From NCBI RefSeq assembly GCF_001194135.2, contig NC_068984.1, positions 82,095,949-82,159,948 of the forward strand: a stretch of DNA of 64,000 nt, in the 5' to 3' direction. The DNA comes from Octopus bimaculoides (taxonomy: Eukaryota). How positions within the stretch are numbered: position 1 is the first letter of the stretch; each line of letters opens with the position of its first letter. The notes below the pieces were generated by a model. That model was not told the DNA's origin and did no database searches. It was given only the letters and a program-made list of their open reading frames with translations. Made by a program: the position numbers and the translations under genes. Shown here piece after piece: positions 11,962 through 24,687 of this stretch.

Positions 11962-12354
11962 TATTATGATTTTTTTTAAAAACTTTACACATTTCAAACA
12001 AAACTAAACCCTATATTTGTCTGTTTTATGCTCATCCTTATTTTGAACCCAATCTTTGTTCTGAGACATATCAGAACAAATCATTTATTTGTTCCAGTAT
12101 TTCCTTGGGTCTTGTATGAAATACTAGTAAGTGTAATTATTGATCAACTAGTACTTTTGTAGATTTATGCAAAGAAAAACACTTTAGAGTAATATGAGTA
12201 AAGCATTTGTTTTCAGCATAGAGTTTGAAATCCTTGAAATAAAATATTCAAGCCATTTCGTTTATGTACAAGATTAATTTTTCTTTCAAAAATGTGATAA
12301 ACCAGTTCTAAATAGTTGCTCTCAATTTGCATAACAAGAATTAATATTCATTCT

Positions 12355-12750
12355 CATTATTTTACATCTTTTTCCATGCTAGCATAGGCTGAACAGATCT
12401 GTTCCATCATGGTATCTCACAACTTGTCATCTTTGTGAGATACAGTACTGAGGTCAGCTTTCATCAATTTTTCTCCATCTTCCTCTTATGCAGGGTCTTT
12501 CCACATAGCTACCATACTTCTCATACATCACATGCTTGTACTACTGCAGTCTTCTCTCCTGCACACTACTGCTGATTCCTCTTGTACTCTTTCTCGCTCT
12601 CAGCTCACCTATTTTCTTGTCATTAATTCTCTCTAACATTACACTATAGAGCATACTTATTCCTTTCCAGCCTTTGTAATTTCTATGCATTGAGTGTCCA
12701 TAGTTCACTCCCATGCAGCAAAACACTTCAAACACAAGCATCATATAATT
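12355..12750 (-). mobile_element. Family-B LINE 3' fragment
   Basis: The minus strand encodes ...SSVQERRLQ-stop-YGH and ends with the CCATGCTAGCATGG-type terminus. Confidence 0.65.
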
Positions 12751-12954
12751 CTAAATTCTGCCTTCACTTACAAGAAGCCATTTATTGCCAACTGTTAAAC
12801 ATGAGATTTCACAGTCAACTTTTGCTTAGTCAAATAGCTTCCTGCTTTATTCGTGATATAGATATTTTTCTGTATATTGCAGTACAAATTAGCATAAAAA
12901 TTATTTAATTTTTAATCATAGAATTCGACGATTAAATCCCATTTTTTTTTTCAG

Positions 12955-12962
12955 GTGATTAA
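12955..12962 (+). CDS. NEK1: NEK1-like terminal coding exon (S-D-stop)
   Basis: T12-CAG acceptor; a phase-1 join gives AGT GAT TAA; AATAAA at 12991-12996. The protein then ends a few residues after the AD.A motif, as NEK1 does. Confidence 0.6.
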
Positions 12963-13700
12963 AGAAACATTTGATAGAAATCTTTACATCAATAAAATAC
13001 TGACTTAAAGAATGGTGTTCAAGTTATTGGGTCTTCTCTGACATGTCATCTCTGGGATATTTGGACCAAGTGAAAACTATTGCTATTTATATTTCAATTT
13101 TACTGTAAACTCAAACATATCCCAATTCTTTGAAGTTGTATACCTGCAACACAGCTAATATACCCCTTTCTTTTTCTTTTATAAATATTTGTAAATTTAT
13201 TTGTGCAGTCATCCATTTCTCATTTTCCTTTTACATTGTGATTCATATCAATTCCTGTAAATAAAATCAGTAAGGTGTCTATATAACTTTTGTTATTCTC
13301 TTTACTCATTCAGTATTTTGTTTATTTCGCACAAACGTGATAAAATAGCCAAGTACTTGAGTGTGTGTGTGTGTTTCATTCGTTTAGTCATGTTATTTAA
13401 AGGCTCCTCTGATGCTGTTGAGTTTCATACGGTTTATGTTCATCTTCAACAACTGTAGGAAATTCTTGGGTGAGGAAGGAATTTCAGTGGGATAATGTTC
13501 TGACAAAGAAGGATTTGATACAGTGATTAATGCATGATTTAGATGAGAAGAGATGGTGTGGATGATGAGACAAGAAGACACAAATATGTTGAGTGGGCTT
13601 GAATGGAGGTGGCATACAACCAGTTATCTCTGAGCTACAATGAACTAAGGTTATTGTAGTAACAGTAGAAAAATCAGTGGACTAAATGTTGAAGTGTGTT

Positions 13701-14815
13701 TATGGGTGACTCTGTAAATGATTAGGCCAAGTGATTTATGAGAAATTAAGAGAATCTGTGTACCTGTTTTGCCAAGAGCTTTAGTGATGTATGTAAAATA
13801 GAATTGACTTCCTGAAGGCTTATTCTTCATTAGACCAAACGAGTGGTAGTCAGAGAGTACCAGATCCAGGTTGTACAATAGAAGGGGGACCACTGACCAG
13901 CCCAGTTTACTGATTGCCTGATTTGTTGCAAAAGTTATGTGGTCATGCATTGTCATGGTAAATATGGATCCTTTTCATATTCTTTTTCAGTCTCCTAATG
14001 GTTTCTCTAAGCATTTGAGTGTCTCAGTGTACCACTGCTCACTGTTCACAGTATAGCTACATTTGAGAAAATCAAAGAGAATGATGCCCTTGTCATCATC
14101 ATCATCGTTTAACATCCGTTTTCCATGCTGGCATGGCTTGGATTGTTTAACTGAGGTCTGAAGAGCCAGCAGCTGCACCAGGCTCTAATCTGATCTGGCA
14201 ATGTTTCTATAGCTGGATGCCCCTCCTAATACCAACCACTCTAAGAATGTAGTGGGTGCTTTTTACGTACCATCAGCACAGGAGCCAGTCAAGTGGGCCT
14301 GGCATCAATCACGTTTGGATGGTGCTTTTTATGTGCCACTGGCACGGGCGCCAGTCAGGGGACACTGGCATCAACTTTGTTCGGATGATGTATTTTACAT
14401 GTCACCAGAACGGGAGTCAGTCAGGGGGCACTGGCCACAGCTACGATTTTGGTTTAACTTGACTCAACAGGTCTTCTCAAGCATATATCGCCTGATGCAT
14501 CAGGGGTACTCTTAAATGGGCCAGACATGCAACACTGGCATCGGCCATGGCTGTGATCTCACTTTAGTTTCCGGGTCTTCTCAATCACAACATATCTCCA
14601 AAGGTCTCAGTCTTCTGTCATTGCGTCTGTGAGGCCCAGTATTTGAAGGTCATGCTTCACCACCTCATCCCATGTCTTCCTGGGTCTACCTCTTCACTCT
14701 AACAATCACTATAACTTTATGTGTCAATTGCTGGCCCTTGAAATTTTTAGGCCTTAGCAGTGTGATATCATTCCATAGGTATATTATATCTTTGTGTAAC
14801 GTTGGAACGCAATGT
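13701..14815 (-). mobile_element. Degenerate mariner transposase remnant split by a LINE insertion
   Basis: Minus strand reads PKNFKGQQLTHKVIVIV | insertion | DDKGIILFDF...TVNSEQWYTETL...LGWSVVPLLLYNLDLVLSDYHSF, a decayed KVMxTVFWDxKG / HPPYSPDLAPSDYHLF pattern. Confidence 0.75.
14092..14700 (-). mobile_element. 5'-truncated family-B LINE nested in the mariner remnant
   Basis: Starts at RGRPRKTWDE, contains about 50-bp 3' UTR subrepeats and ends GTTAAACG(ATG)n. Confidence 0.85.
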
Positions 14816-16259
14816 TTATAATGACATTATCACAGCACAACTCTGTAGGTCACTCTCTAACATTGTTTTGCTGTTCTCAATCCAAATTTTCTGCACATCT
14901 TCATATCTGAAAATTTTGTCCTTACTTAAGCAGTGAATTCTCCTGCAACAAAGAGTATGTCTTGGCTTGGGCCAAAGTGTTTTGGATTTATTCATAGAAT
15001 ACTTGAATTTCACTTTCATTTACATCAGTAGTTGGAGAGTAAACCTAGAGAAAAGAGATGTTAAAAGCTGTAGCTTTGATATGAACATATGTAAGTCTCT
15101 TATTGGTTGGTTGATATAAGATCATACTGTGTGATGCTTCTCATGAAAGGATGGCTCATGCTCTTGCTTCATGCTGTTCTTTTAAAATTATGATTAGGTT
15201 ATCATCTGCTGCAGTGAAATGTCCGGATTTGGTCTAATGTGTATCTACAAAGCCAAATATGGTGATTTTACATATTCTCGTTTCTTGAGTGATCTTATAT
15301 AGTTTTCCTGCCTGTTATAATGTACATTCCAGATACCTATATGTGTGCTTTTCCATAGAGTGGTTCTGCTTTGATCTCCTCTCATATAAGCAGCAGACCT
15401 TTTGTTGGGCAGTGCTGAGCCTGATGCATCTACAGTTGTGTTGAGGTCTCTACAGTGAGATCTCTCTCTTTTCCAGTAGCAATCACAACAGCAGGCCTCC
15501 TGTTGATTCCAAGGCTACTGTCCATCTCTTGAACTGTGCGATGCAGGATTTCCATGATACATGCTGAGTAGCATTAAATCAGAGGGTCCTGTGTACTCTT
15601 CTGTTGACATTTGGTTGTTCTTCCACAGGACCACCAGTGCTCAGTTGTCATGATGTTGGTCTGTTGGCATGTGTCCCTTGAACTAGTACCATAGAGTATA
15701 GCAGGGTTTTTCCCCTAAATCCATTGTATTCTATACTTCCAACTGAGTCACCTCGAGTGGGATGTGGCACTTCACCACGTACAATAGTTTTTATTGTGGA
15801 GAGGCTGCAAGTGTGCCTTCAGGCTTCACTAATTACAACACACCTGACTCCTAAAGTTTAGGTAGAATTACCAAGTGGTGGATCCATCAAAGGTTTGCTT
15901 GTGATCACTCTACGCAGCCCTGCTTACTACACTGGCTGCTCTCCACTCCTGACTCCCAATGTCCAGGTAGAACTGGAATACACCCAGCTTTGGGGCACAA
16001 CCTATTGTGTGTAATATAAGCAAACAATTAAGCACAGAGTGAATATGCTTGGATCATAAATTCAATAGTCTACATGAAGTCATTGAACTTTTACTGAATT
16101 TATGACCAGGGTAGAAGTAAAGAGTAGAAGCACAGTAAATTCAATGGATTCTGATTTAGATACAAGGGATGCAGTTTCGAGTAAAGACTGTAATAAATAA
16201 ATAAATATAGCTTAACGGGCGGAGAGTCTCACTCTACTTTTCTTACTGTATAAATATTG

Positions 16260-16472
16260 GTTTCAAATTTTAGTACCAGGCTAGCAATTTCGGGGGAGGG
16301 AGTAAGTCGATTACACCAACTTCAGTCAACTGGTATTTATTTTATCGACTCCAAAAAGGATGAAAACTAAAGTCCACCCCGGCAGCATTTGAACTCAGAA
16401 TGTAAAGACGAACGAACGACCGCTTAGCATTTTTCCCGGTGTACTAACGATTCTGCCAGCTCACTGCCTCGC
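16260..16472 (-). mobile_element. tRNA-derived SINE (family C) with a perfect 19-bp target-site duplication
   Basis: Head GAGCTGGCAGAATCGTTAG, B box GAGTTCAAAT; TSD TCTTACTGTATAAATATTG at 16241-16259 and 16473-16491. Confidence 0.9.
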
Positions 16473-16858
16473 TCTTACTGTATAAATATTGAACGAAAGA
16501 AAGAGCCTACGCATTGAAGAGAATCTTAATTTGCAATGTGGAGGATTTTAACTCTCGTGAGTTAAACAAGAGAGCGGAAAATGTTAAGAAGGTAATATAG
16601 AGGAGACGCAAGGTATTTAGAGGCGAGTGGGGGTCGTTTTCCTTAGAGAATATTTAAACCAGACCCAAAACTTATATTTTAAAAGCATTTAAAAAGTATT
16701 CCTGGGTATTAGAATAACAATTAGATATGACGAATGTCAAGATTCAATATAATTTCATCGTATGTCCTCATCTTTGGTAGACAGGACAGACGCGGCTTTG
16801 GCCATAGGTTTGGCTGATCAGTAGTGACCGGAGCTAAACAACAACTTTAGAAATATTA

Positions 16859-17062
16859 ATTTCAAATTTTGGTACAAGTTCAGAAATCTGGGAGGAGTGG
16901 GTTAGTCGATTACATCGACTCCAGTGTTCAACTGGTACGTATTTTATCTACCCCGAAAGGCAAAGACGACTTTGGCGGAATTTGAACTTGGAACGTGAAG
17001 ACGGACGAAATGGTGCTAAGCATTTTATCCGGCGTGTCAACGATTCTGCCAGCTCGCCCCTT
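16859..17062 (-). mobile_element. SINE family C with a 19-bp TSD (1 mismatch)
   Basis: AACAACTTTAGAAATATTA at 16840-16858 and AACAACTGTAGAAATATTA at 17063-17081. Confidence 0.88.
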
Positions 17063-17223
17063 AACAACTGTAGAAATATTATATGGAAACAAAATTTGCT
17101 TGCGATCATTTATTTATACTCATTCATTGACTTGACAAACAAAATCAAATTAACCTTACGATTTACAAAAATCAAAACCAGTAAGCGATTAGTAAACAAA
17201 CAGTTTCCACTATTTTGAACAGC

Positions 17224-17320
17224 GCGCCAAATAAACTAAATAATCTTTCAACTAAATGTGCAAACAAAAACAAAAAAAAAAGAGTAGTTACGAAACTGAG
17301 TTCCTGAATCAGTTTCCCGC
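17224..17320. promoter_or_regulatory. RPE proximal promoter region with two E2F-consensus octamers
   Basis: GCGCCAAA (reverse complement of TTTGGCGC) at 17224-17231 and TTTCCCGC at 17313-17320 both fit TTTSSCGC, within 115 bp of the ATG. Function is not shown. Confidence 0.4.
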
Positions 17321-17337
17321 ATTCAGCACTACTAATA

Positions 17338-17580
17338 ATGGCGGCTTCTTCGGGATACACATGTAAGATAGGCCCGTCTATTCTTAATTCTGATCTCTCA
17401 TCTTTATCCGAAGAATGTCAACGAATGATGAATTGCGGTGCAGATTACTTGCACCTGGATGTGATGGATGGCCACTTCGTACCGAACTTAACTTTTGGAC
17501 ATCCCGTTGTCAAGTGTTTACGACCGAAAGTTCCCAATGCATTCTTTGACATGCACATGATGGTTGCCAACCCCGAAAGG
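17338..17580 (+). CDS. RPE: Ribulose-phosphate 3-epimerase exon 1 ([20 protein letters not shown]...[16 protein letters not shown]...[11 protein letters not shown])
   Basis: Hallmark RPE motifs [16 protein letters not shown] and DMHMM with metal ligands H, D, H. Donor AGG|GTCTGA, phase 0. Confidence 0.97.
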
Positions 17581-19880
17581 GTCTGAGCGATGTATTTCTT
17601 TGTTAATTTATTTTATTAATTCTTTGAACTCTGTCTGTGTCTCTCTTGTAGTTTAGAATATTTTGTCTGACGATATTGTAACTTGCCTGTTTACTATTAT
17701 AAAGTTTTATTTTGTCATTTTCTTGATGACAACAATTGTTTTTGTTAGCTTACCATCGGGATTAATTCAGCAGGCTTATGATTAGACATTCCGTTTGTGA
17801 CCAGCAAGTCTCTTTTTTTTACCTCCCTTTCATTTTTTAAGCATATTTAGACTATATTGCACATTTTTCATCTTCTAAAACTGTGATTTGAGAAAACTTT
17901 GGCTGCTGTTTCTACCCAATAGAAGGACCATATGGGGGCCTATTTCTTTTATTAAAATTCTTATGAATTCTTCAGTAGACAGTGCACATGAGCTTTTTAA
18001 AACCTCTAAAACTGGTGGGAAGAAGTTATCGGAACTGATTGTTTATATCACGAGACAAGCTCAACCTTGATCAAAGTAAACCCTATGACCATAGACATTC
18101 CTTCCATATTATCCAATGTGCTCTGTGTTTAAAATTATGGGATGTAAGTTGTGGAAGATTTCAGACAGATCGAGTGACCTAGTAGCTCAATTTGATTCTT
18201 ATTAGTTAGTCATCATCTAAGAGAGCGAGAGAAAGAAGCGATGGTGGTGTAAGACGTCGAGAGAAAAAAAGGAGAAGCGGTAGCGTCTGACTCGTTACTC
18301 TCCTTGCTCATTCAGTGTCGACGTTTCCTTTCATCCATTCGAAGTCGATGAAATAGCTACCACTCGGCTCTAGATTATACTGGAAGTAGGAAGCCGTTAT
18401 TTCGTCTTGTTACAAGACTTGCACTTGTTATGTATTTTGTTTTAGTTTTTTTTTTCTTGTTAATGGCTCTTTGGGGGGGGGGGACTAAAAAAATTATTAC
18501 TATCATATGCACATGGTTACTTCGCTAATTAGTTCGACCCCGAAAAAGTGTATGGGCAGTAAATCCATAAAGGCAATATTGGAATTCAGTAAAGAATGTG
18601 TAGGTAAACACAGCAAAATATTTTGTTTAATCCATCGATTCCGTAAATCACATGGCCTGAAATTTTACGGGGAGGAAACAATCAGTTATATGGAATCCGA
18701 TATATGACTGGTACTATTTTATCAACTTTCTGACAAATGAAAGGCAAAATCGACCTTGGTGGAATTTGAACTCTGAATGTAGAGTCCTAGCATGCCATTT
18801 TGTACGACGCTCTAACAATTCAGTGTCATTGTACCTGGCATGTGTGTCTAAATTCATCTGGTGTAACATTTCATTTCTCTAGTATCGATGTGTACAAGTA
18901 CGCTAAAAAAAATCGACCCCTCTATTTGAATGAGTTCTTTAAATCCATTTAATTTCCAACTAATATTTTGGAACCACTTCAAAATCCAGGCTAAAATTTT
19001 CCTTTCTCTGGGAATTTTTGTAGCAAGGGAGATTACTCTTCCTTACTCACAAATTGATGTGAAAATTTTATCATGCTCAACATTGTAAATACAATCAGAT
19101 TTATTGGATTTTAATTAGAAATCTGTTTCCAAATCCAGACTTAATGAATTGATTTAAATGGCTCAGCTGCAGTTATTCTAAACTATATCAGCATGTCTCG
19201 GTTGTATTTGTAAAAGAGATACGTTTTCACAACTATAGATCATTGTTTTGATCAAAGAAGCTCTTTCTAAGACACTACTTAGAAACAAATTACAGACTTT
19301 TCAGTAAGTCAACATCCCGTTAATTTTAACATAGCAGTAGATTTTAATTTCCCCTCAATCTATCTACTGTGTGTATAGATACCATAGTAAATTGTTGGTC
19401 ATACTGGATAATGTGATCTGAGATAAACTTTGTTTGATAAGATGAGATGCCTTAATCATAGGTCTGCTGAATCCTTGAGTTAATCAATAATAAGCAGTGA
19501 CATAGCATTTTTTTGGACTATTATGAAAGGTAGTTTCTATGTTGATGATGTTATCAATGAAGTTCTGTTTAATATTTTTTGTTTCTCTTCCAAATGACTT
19601 GTGGCACCTAAAGCTCTAATACAACTTCTTGTATCATTAGTTTCTACAGCAGTATGTACTTAAAGGAATCACAATTGAAACAACATTCAACTCTCCTTGT
19701 AGCTGGAGAAAAATGTGTCATCTCATGAGGAGAGATGAACACAGCCCTGAGGGATGATGAAACAATTCTCAGTATGAAAGTGCAGTTGCAGCTAACAGCA
19801 GTGAGCTGTAGTAATCATTCACCTTGTGGTATCTTCTTACAGCTAGGTGAACTTGATCGTTAACAGTTCTACAGTTCCAA

Positions 19881-20349
19881 CTCTTTTACTTGTTTCAGTC
19901 ATTTGACTGCAGCCATGCTGAAGCACCACCTTTAGTCAAGCAAATCGACTCCAGAGCTTATTCTTTGTAAGCCTTGTACTTATTCTATCGGTCTCTTTTG
20001 CCGAACCACTAAGTTACAGGGTCATAAACACACCAGCATCGGTTGTCAAGCGATGTTGGGGGGACAAACACAGACACAAATATATACATATATGATGGGC
20101 TTCTTCCAGTTTTCGTCTACCAAATCCACTCACAAGACTTTGGTCGGCCCAAGGCTATAGTAGAAGACACTTGCCCAAGGTGCCACGCAGTGGGACTGAA
20201 CCTGGCACCATTTGGTTAGTAAGCAAGCTACTTACCACACAGCCACTCCTGCGCCTAGAGACACTTGCCCAAGGTGTCATGCAGTGGGACTGAACCCGGC
20301 ACCATATGGTTGGTAAGTAAGCTACTTACCACACAGCCACTCCTACGCC
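19881..20349 (-). mobile_element. SINE family A with a tandemly duplicated tRNA-like head
   Basis: Complete body plus two head copies at 20165-20256 and 20259-20349. Confidence 0.88.
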
Positions 20350-20548
20350 AACTGTTCAAAACTTATTTTATCAACCTTGGCAAGATAAACGATTATGTCA
20401 ATTCTTGTGAGATTTGAGCTGCAAACTATGTATAATTAAATATGTTTAGCAAAAAAAGTTATTGCTCAACTATCTTAGCCAACCTCACTTCACTCTTTTA
20501 GTGTGTTGCCTTAAAGATCTATAATTTGCCTTTAATTTTCTCTTCTAG

Positions 20549-20656
20549 TGGGTAGAAGGTATGGCAGATGCAGGTGCAAATCAATATACCTTCCATATAG
20601 AGGCCACTGACAATCCTGAGGACTGTGTGCGCAAGATCAAAGAATCAGGAATGAAA
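20549..20656 (+). CDS. RPE: RPE exon 2 (WVEGMADAGANQYTFHIEATDNPEDCVRKIKESGMK)
   Basis: TTTTCTCTTCTAG acceptor and AAA|GTAAAT donor; AGANQYTFHxEA motif; 108 nt, phase 0/0. Confidence 0.95.
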
Positions 20657-21316
20657 GTAAATTGATATTTGTTTCACTTTACACTTTTTATATATATATA
20701 CCCTAACCCTAATTTTTATATACTATGAAACCCTATTTTACCTGAAAATTTCCTGAAACAAAATTACAAACTACTGGTTTCATATTTCATATATTTTCTT
20801 TCCTTCTCGTGTTTTACATGTTATTATTATTTTCTTTATCAGTTATAGCATAGCTACTATGGATTTTGTTGAAATTCTAAATTTTACATTTAAACAGTGG
20901 GGTCAAAGTGGAATCTGTTGTAAATCAGTCAAACTGATTACAATCAGTTTTGTTGTCCTAATACACAGCACAATAGCCTTATTATAGTTTGATTTTTCTG
21001 GCCAAAGGTCAAGTACTTTAATGTCACTGACATGGACTTACAATGACCTTATTAAACGTTGGATTAAACATTGATAAACAATTATCAAAATATGGTATTT
21101 AAATAATTTCCAGTTTCTGAAGCTTGCTGAGTAGCTTAAAGATAATCAGTAAAACTTTGAGGCACTAATAGTGTAATGTAAGAGTAATAATATCATTACA
21201 AAATATACAGTAAAATGCTTTTTTTATGGACTATTGTTAGATTAAATTTTCCTTTCACTCATATCCTTTATATTGGTTTTCTTGTAAATGTATTTGTGTT
21301 TCTGCTTTGCTTTCAG

Positions 21317-21451
21317 GCTGGAATAGGTATGAAACCAAATACACCTATAGAAACAGTGCTTCCTTATGTACATATGGTTGATATGGTCCTTGTAATGACA
21401 GTGGAACCTGGCTTTGGTGGGCAGTCATTTATGAAAGAGCAAATGTCAAAA
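21317..21451 (+). CDS. RPE: RPE exon 3 (AGIGMKPNTPIETVLPYVHMVDMVLVMTVEPGFGGQSFMKEQMSK)
   Basis: TTTGCTTTCAG acceptor and AAA|GTAAAG donor; VMTVEPGFGGQ substrate-binding loop. Confidence 0.96.
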
Positions 21452-21719
21452 GTAAAGATTTTTCTCTGTATTACTTGAAAATTTAAGAGCAGTATAATAG
21501 AAGTGATTGACAGAATCCAACTCTAGATGAATGAATAGATATGTAACTCCGAAACAGTGCACTGTGGCATGCTGGTGTGCTAGGAATGTCTTGGTGCTCC
21601 TATGGATTAAAAAAATATATATGATTTAACACATTAGAAATTCCATACATGAGTGCCTTAAAATAATCTGTTATTCATTAGTTTATGTGCATAGCTAGGT
21701 ATGAGGGTGGTGGTGGTGG

Positions 21720-21925
21720 TGGTGAATTGGCAGAATCATTAGAGCATTGCGATATTTTCTTGGCTGTCCAGATTCTGAGTTCAAATCTCACCACAGTCAG
21801 CTTTGCCTTTCATTGTTTTGGGGTCAGTAAAATAAAGTACCAGATAAGTAATGGAATCAGTGTAATCAACTAACCATCTTAACTCCAAAATCACTAATTT
21901 TGTGCTTAAATTAGAAATCATCATA
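21720..21925 (+). mobile_element. Diverged SINE family C in RPE intron 3
   Basis: GAATTGGCAGAATCATTAG...GAGTTCAAAT...GCCTTTCATTGTTTTGGGGTCAGTAAAATAAAGTACCAG. Confidence 0.7.
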
Positions 21926-22233
21926 TATAAGTACAACTATGAAAACAAGGTATGCAATGATTTTCTATACTTTTAATCTTAAATTTTTAACTTTCAAACA
22001 GTATTTTGTTTTAAATTGCCATATGTGAGCCAAGTGCACTGTAAAATCAAAATGATTGAGAACTACTGGAATAGAGTAAGAGATTTGTTTAATAAGCCCT
22101 GTAACTCAGAGAGAGACGAAGTGCAAAAAAATTGGGTTAGAAATTGAATGTTAGAGGCATTGAAATCTCTATGCAATATATTTTAGGCAGTGTTGAATAT
22201 ATTTCAATCAAATTGTTTTTGTCCATTCTAAAG

Positions 22234-22320
22234 GTGCGGTTACTTAGAGAGAAATTCCGTGAGTTAGACATTGAGGTTGATGGCGGCGTTGGAACTTCTA
22301 CTATTAAAGACTGTGCTGAT
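22234..22320 (+). CDS. RPE: RPE exon 4 (VRLLREKFRELDIEVDGGVGTSTIKDCAD)
   Basis: TTCTAAAG acceptor and GAT|GTAAGC donor; IEVDGG motif with the catalytic Asp. Confidence 0.96.
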
Positions 22321-22863
22321 GTAAGCAAATATGACTTCTTATTTTATGCTGTTGGATACTATACCATTTGTTATATTTGCAGGAGGTAATACTGAATGAT
22401 AATGTGAGAGACCTATCACACTGATGACACTTGCACTACATCATAAGCACCAAAATATATCATAGTTTAGATTTGGCATGAGCTCTAAGGCTCGTAAAGA
22501 TGGATCTTAACTTGCTCTCCATGGCTTATAAGTGACTGAGATTATTAAACCTCAGAATGGGATGCCAGCCCTTCGTATGGTTAACTTCCCAGCTATTGTT
22601 GCAACTTGTTTACAGCTGAGTGGGATGGAGTAACATGAAATAAAGTGTTTTGCTGAAAAACACAGAATTAAAACTACAATCTTACAATCATGTGTGAAAC
22701 ATCCTAACCACTAGACCATGCATCTACACACCAAAATATAAGTTCTGAGCTACATTTAGTTATCTATGGCTCACAGTTAAGCTGTAAGGATACTGCTTAA
22801 TTGCCGAGTGTTGTCTGAGCTTGATGTACTGGGCTCAAACCTCTAAAAGCATGTTTGGATTAC

Positions 22864-23078
22864 TTAACCCTTTTTATACCAATCTGCTTGAGATTGCTTG
22901 TTGGTTCCGAAATATAAACCTGTTCTAAAATGATCTAAATTAAAAACATTTCATGTTAATTTATATTCCAAACACCAAGTGAATAATGACAAAATTATTT
23001 TACTAAATTTTTCATTGTTTTCAAAATAAATTGAAACAAAAGCAGTATATTGCAATAGAAATATGACAACAAGGTTAA
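22864..23078. mobile_element. piggyBac-like MITE remnant
   Basis: TTAA-CCCTTT at the left end and AAGG-TTAA at the right end; a similarly structured element lies at 62999-63251. Confidence 0.5.
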
Positions 23079-23406
23079 AGGAGAGAGGTGGATACTTCTC
23101 AAGTAATATTATTAAATAGATGCTATAAATAAGAGTGTCAGGTGCATCACAAGACATTCAATCAATCAATCATTTTTTTTTCTTTTATTCTTTCACTTTA
23201 CTGGTTTCAATCATTGAACTTTGGCCATGCTGGGACATCATCTTCTAAGGTTTTTAAACAAGAACTTTATTGATCCTTAATGAAATCCAAAGTTACTGTT
23301 TTTACTATACAGTGACACAACACTAGTAAACATAAACACAGACGCAGACGGACACACCTATATACACACACACACACACACACACATATATGATATATAT
23401 ATATAT

Positions 23407-23474
<68 letters not shown>

Positions 23475-24368
23475 GGCTGTCCACTTGTGACCGAGGAAGA
23501 CCATTGCTGACCTTCAGGAACATTGTGCACTCTAGGACTAACTTATATGTTGCATTTTGCGGTTCTGCTTGTGGCTAATGGTTTGGATGATTTAAGAGAA
23601 GATTGAACTAATGTCTGCTTTGGCATGGTTTCTGTGACTGGATGCTCTTCCTGATGCCAATCACTTTACAGAGCGTTTATGTACACCACAGACTTCTGCA
23701 CATTTTCTCTTTACCAAACTCTACTCACAAGGTATTGAGCAATTTAGACCTACATTGAAGAGACTTGCCCAGGGTTCTACACTGTGGTATTAAACCAGGA
23801 ATTCTGTGGTTCCAAAGTAAACTTATTAATCACAGTCATGCCTTCTACTATATAACATTTCATATGGAATGTCAGATTTCTGTTTTTAATTTTTAGAACA
23901 TTTTGTAAACGTTAGTGTGTGAAGAATTTATTTTTGTTAAAAAGTAAAATGGAAAATGCTGATGTATGTTCCTTCTCCAAAAGTATAAGGATGTTAGTAA
24001 AACTCTTCTAACTCAGAATGATACTCAAGCAACTTAGTTCACCAAGAAGACTACCACCTGCTATGAAGTTGCACCAAAAATATTAAACTCTTTTTCTTCG
24101 GGATTACATGATCTGAGTATGCATACTAATGTGTCTACTGCTTTTGGTGGATCTGACCTAGAAATCCAGCACTGCATCTAACACACAAGCTACATACAAA
24201 ATTCTGTACTATTGCATTATCCTGCTTAATGCTGATAATCTGCATCTTCTTTGAACTCTGCATCAGGTGTAATCAGGATTCTTGTTCACTTGTGACTAAA
24301 TCCAAGCATAAAATGATGTCTCCAGTGTGTGTGACTCAAATATTTGAAATACACACACAGGTGTGCAC

Positions 24369-24469
<101 letters not shown>

Positions 24470-24687
24470 TACACATATATATGAATAGTTTATTAAGAAA
24501 CTTTTAGTTCTACCTAGTTGTTTTTGTCATTAAGGAATACCTCTCTTTGGAGGACATGTTCATAACATATGCAATTCACCTGTGAAAGGGATGTGTTATA
24601 GACACATCATCTAAAGGGAAGAGGTGTTCTCTGATGCTTGCATGGGTCAGATATATATATATATATATATCATATTATTATTATAAT

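Noticed and set aside
15300-16030. Old retroelement remnant between NEK1 and RPE
   Set aside because: Composition is suggestive, but no interpretable motif or boundary could be supported.
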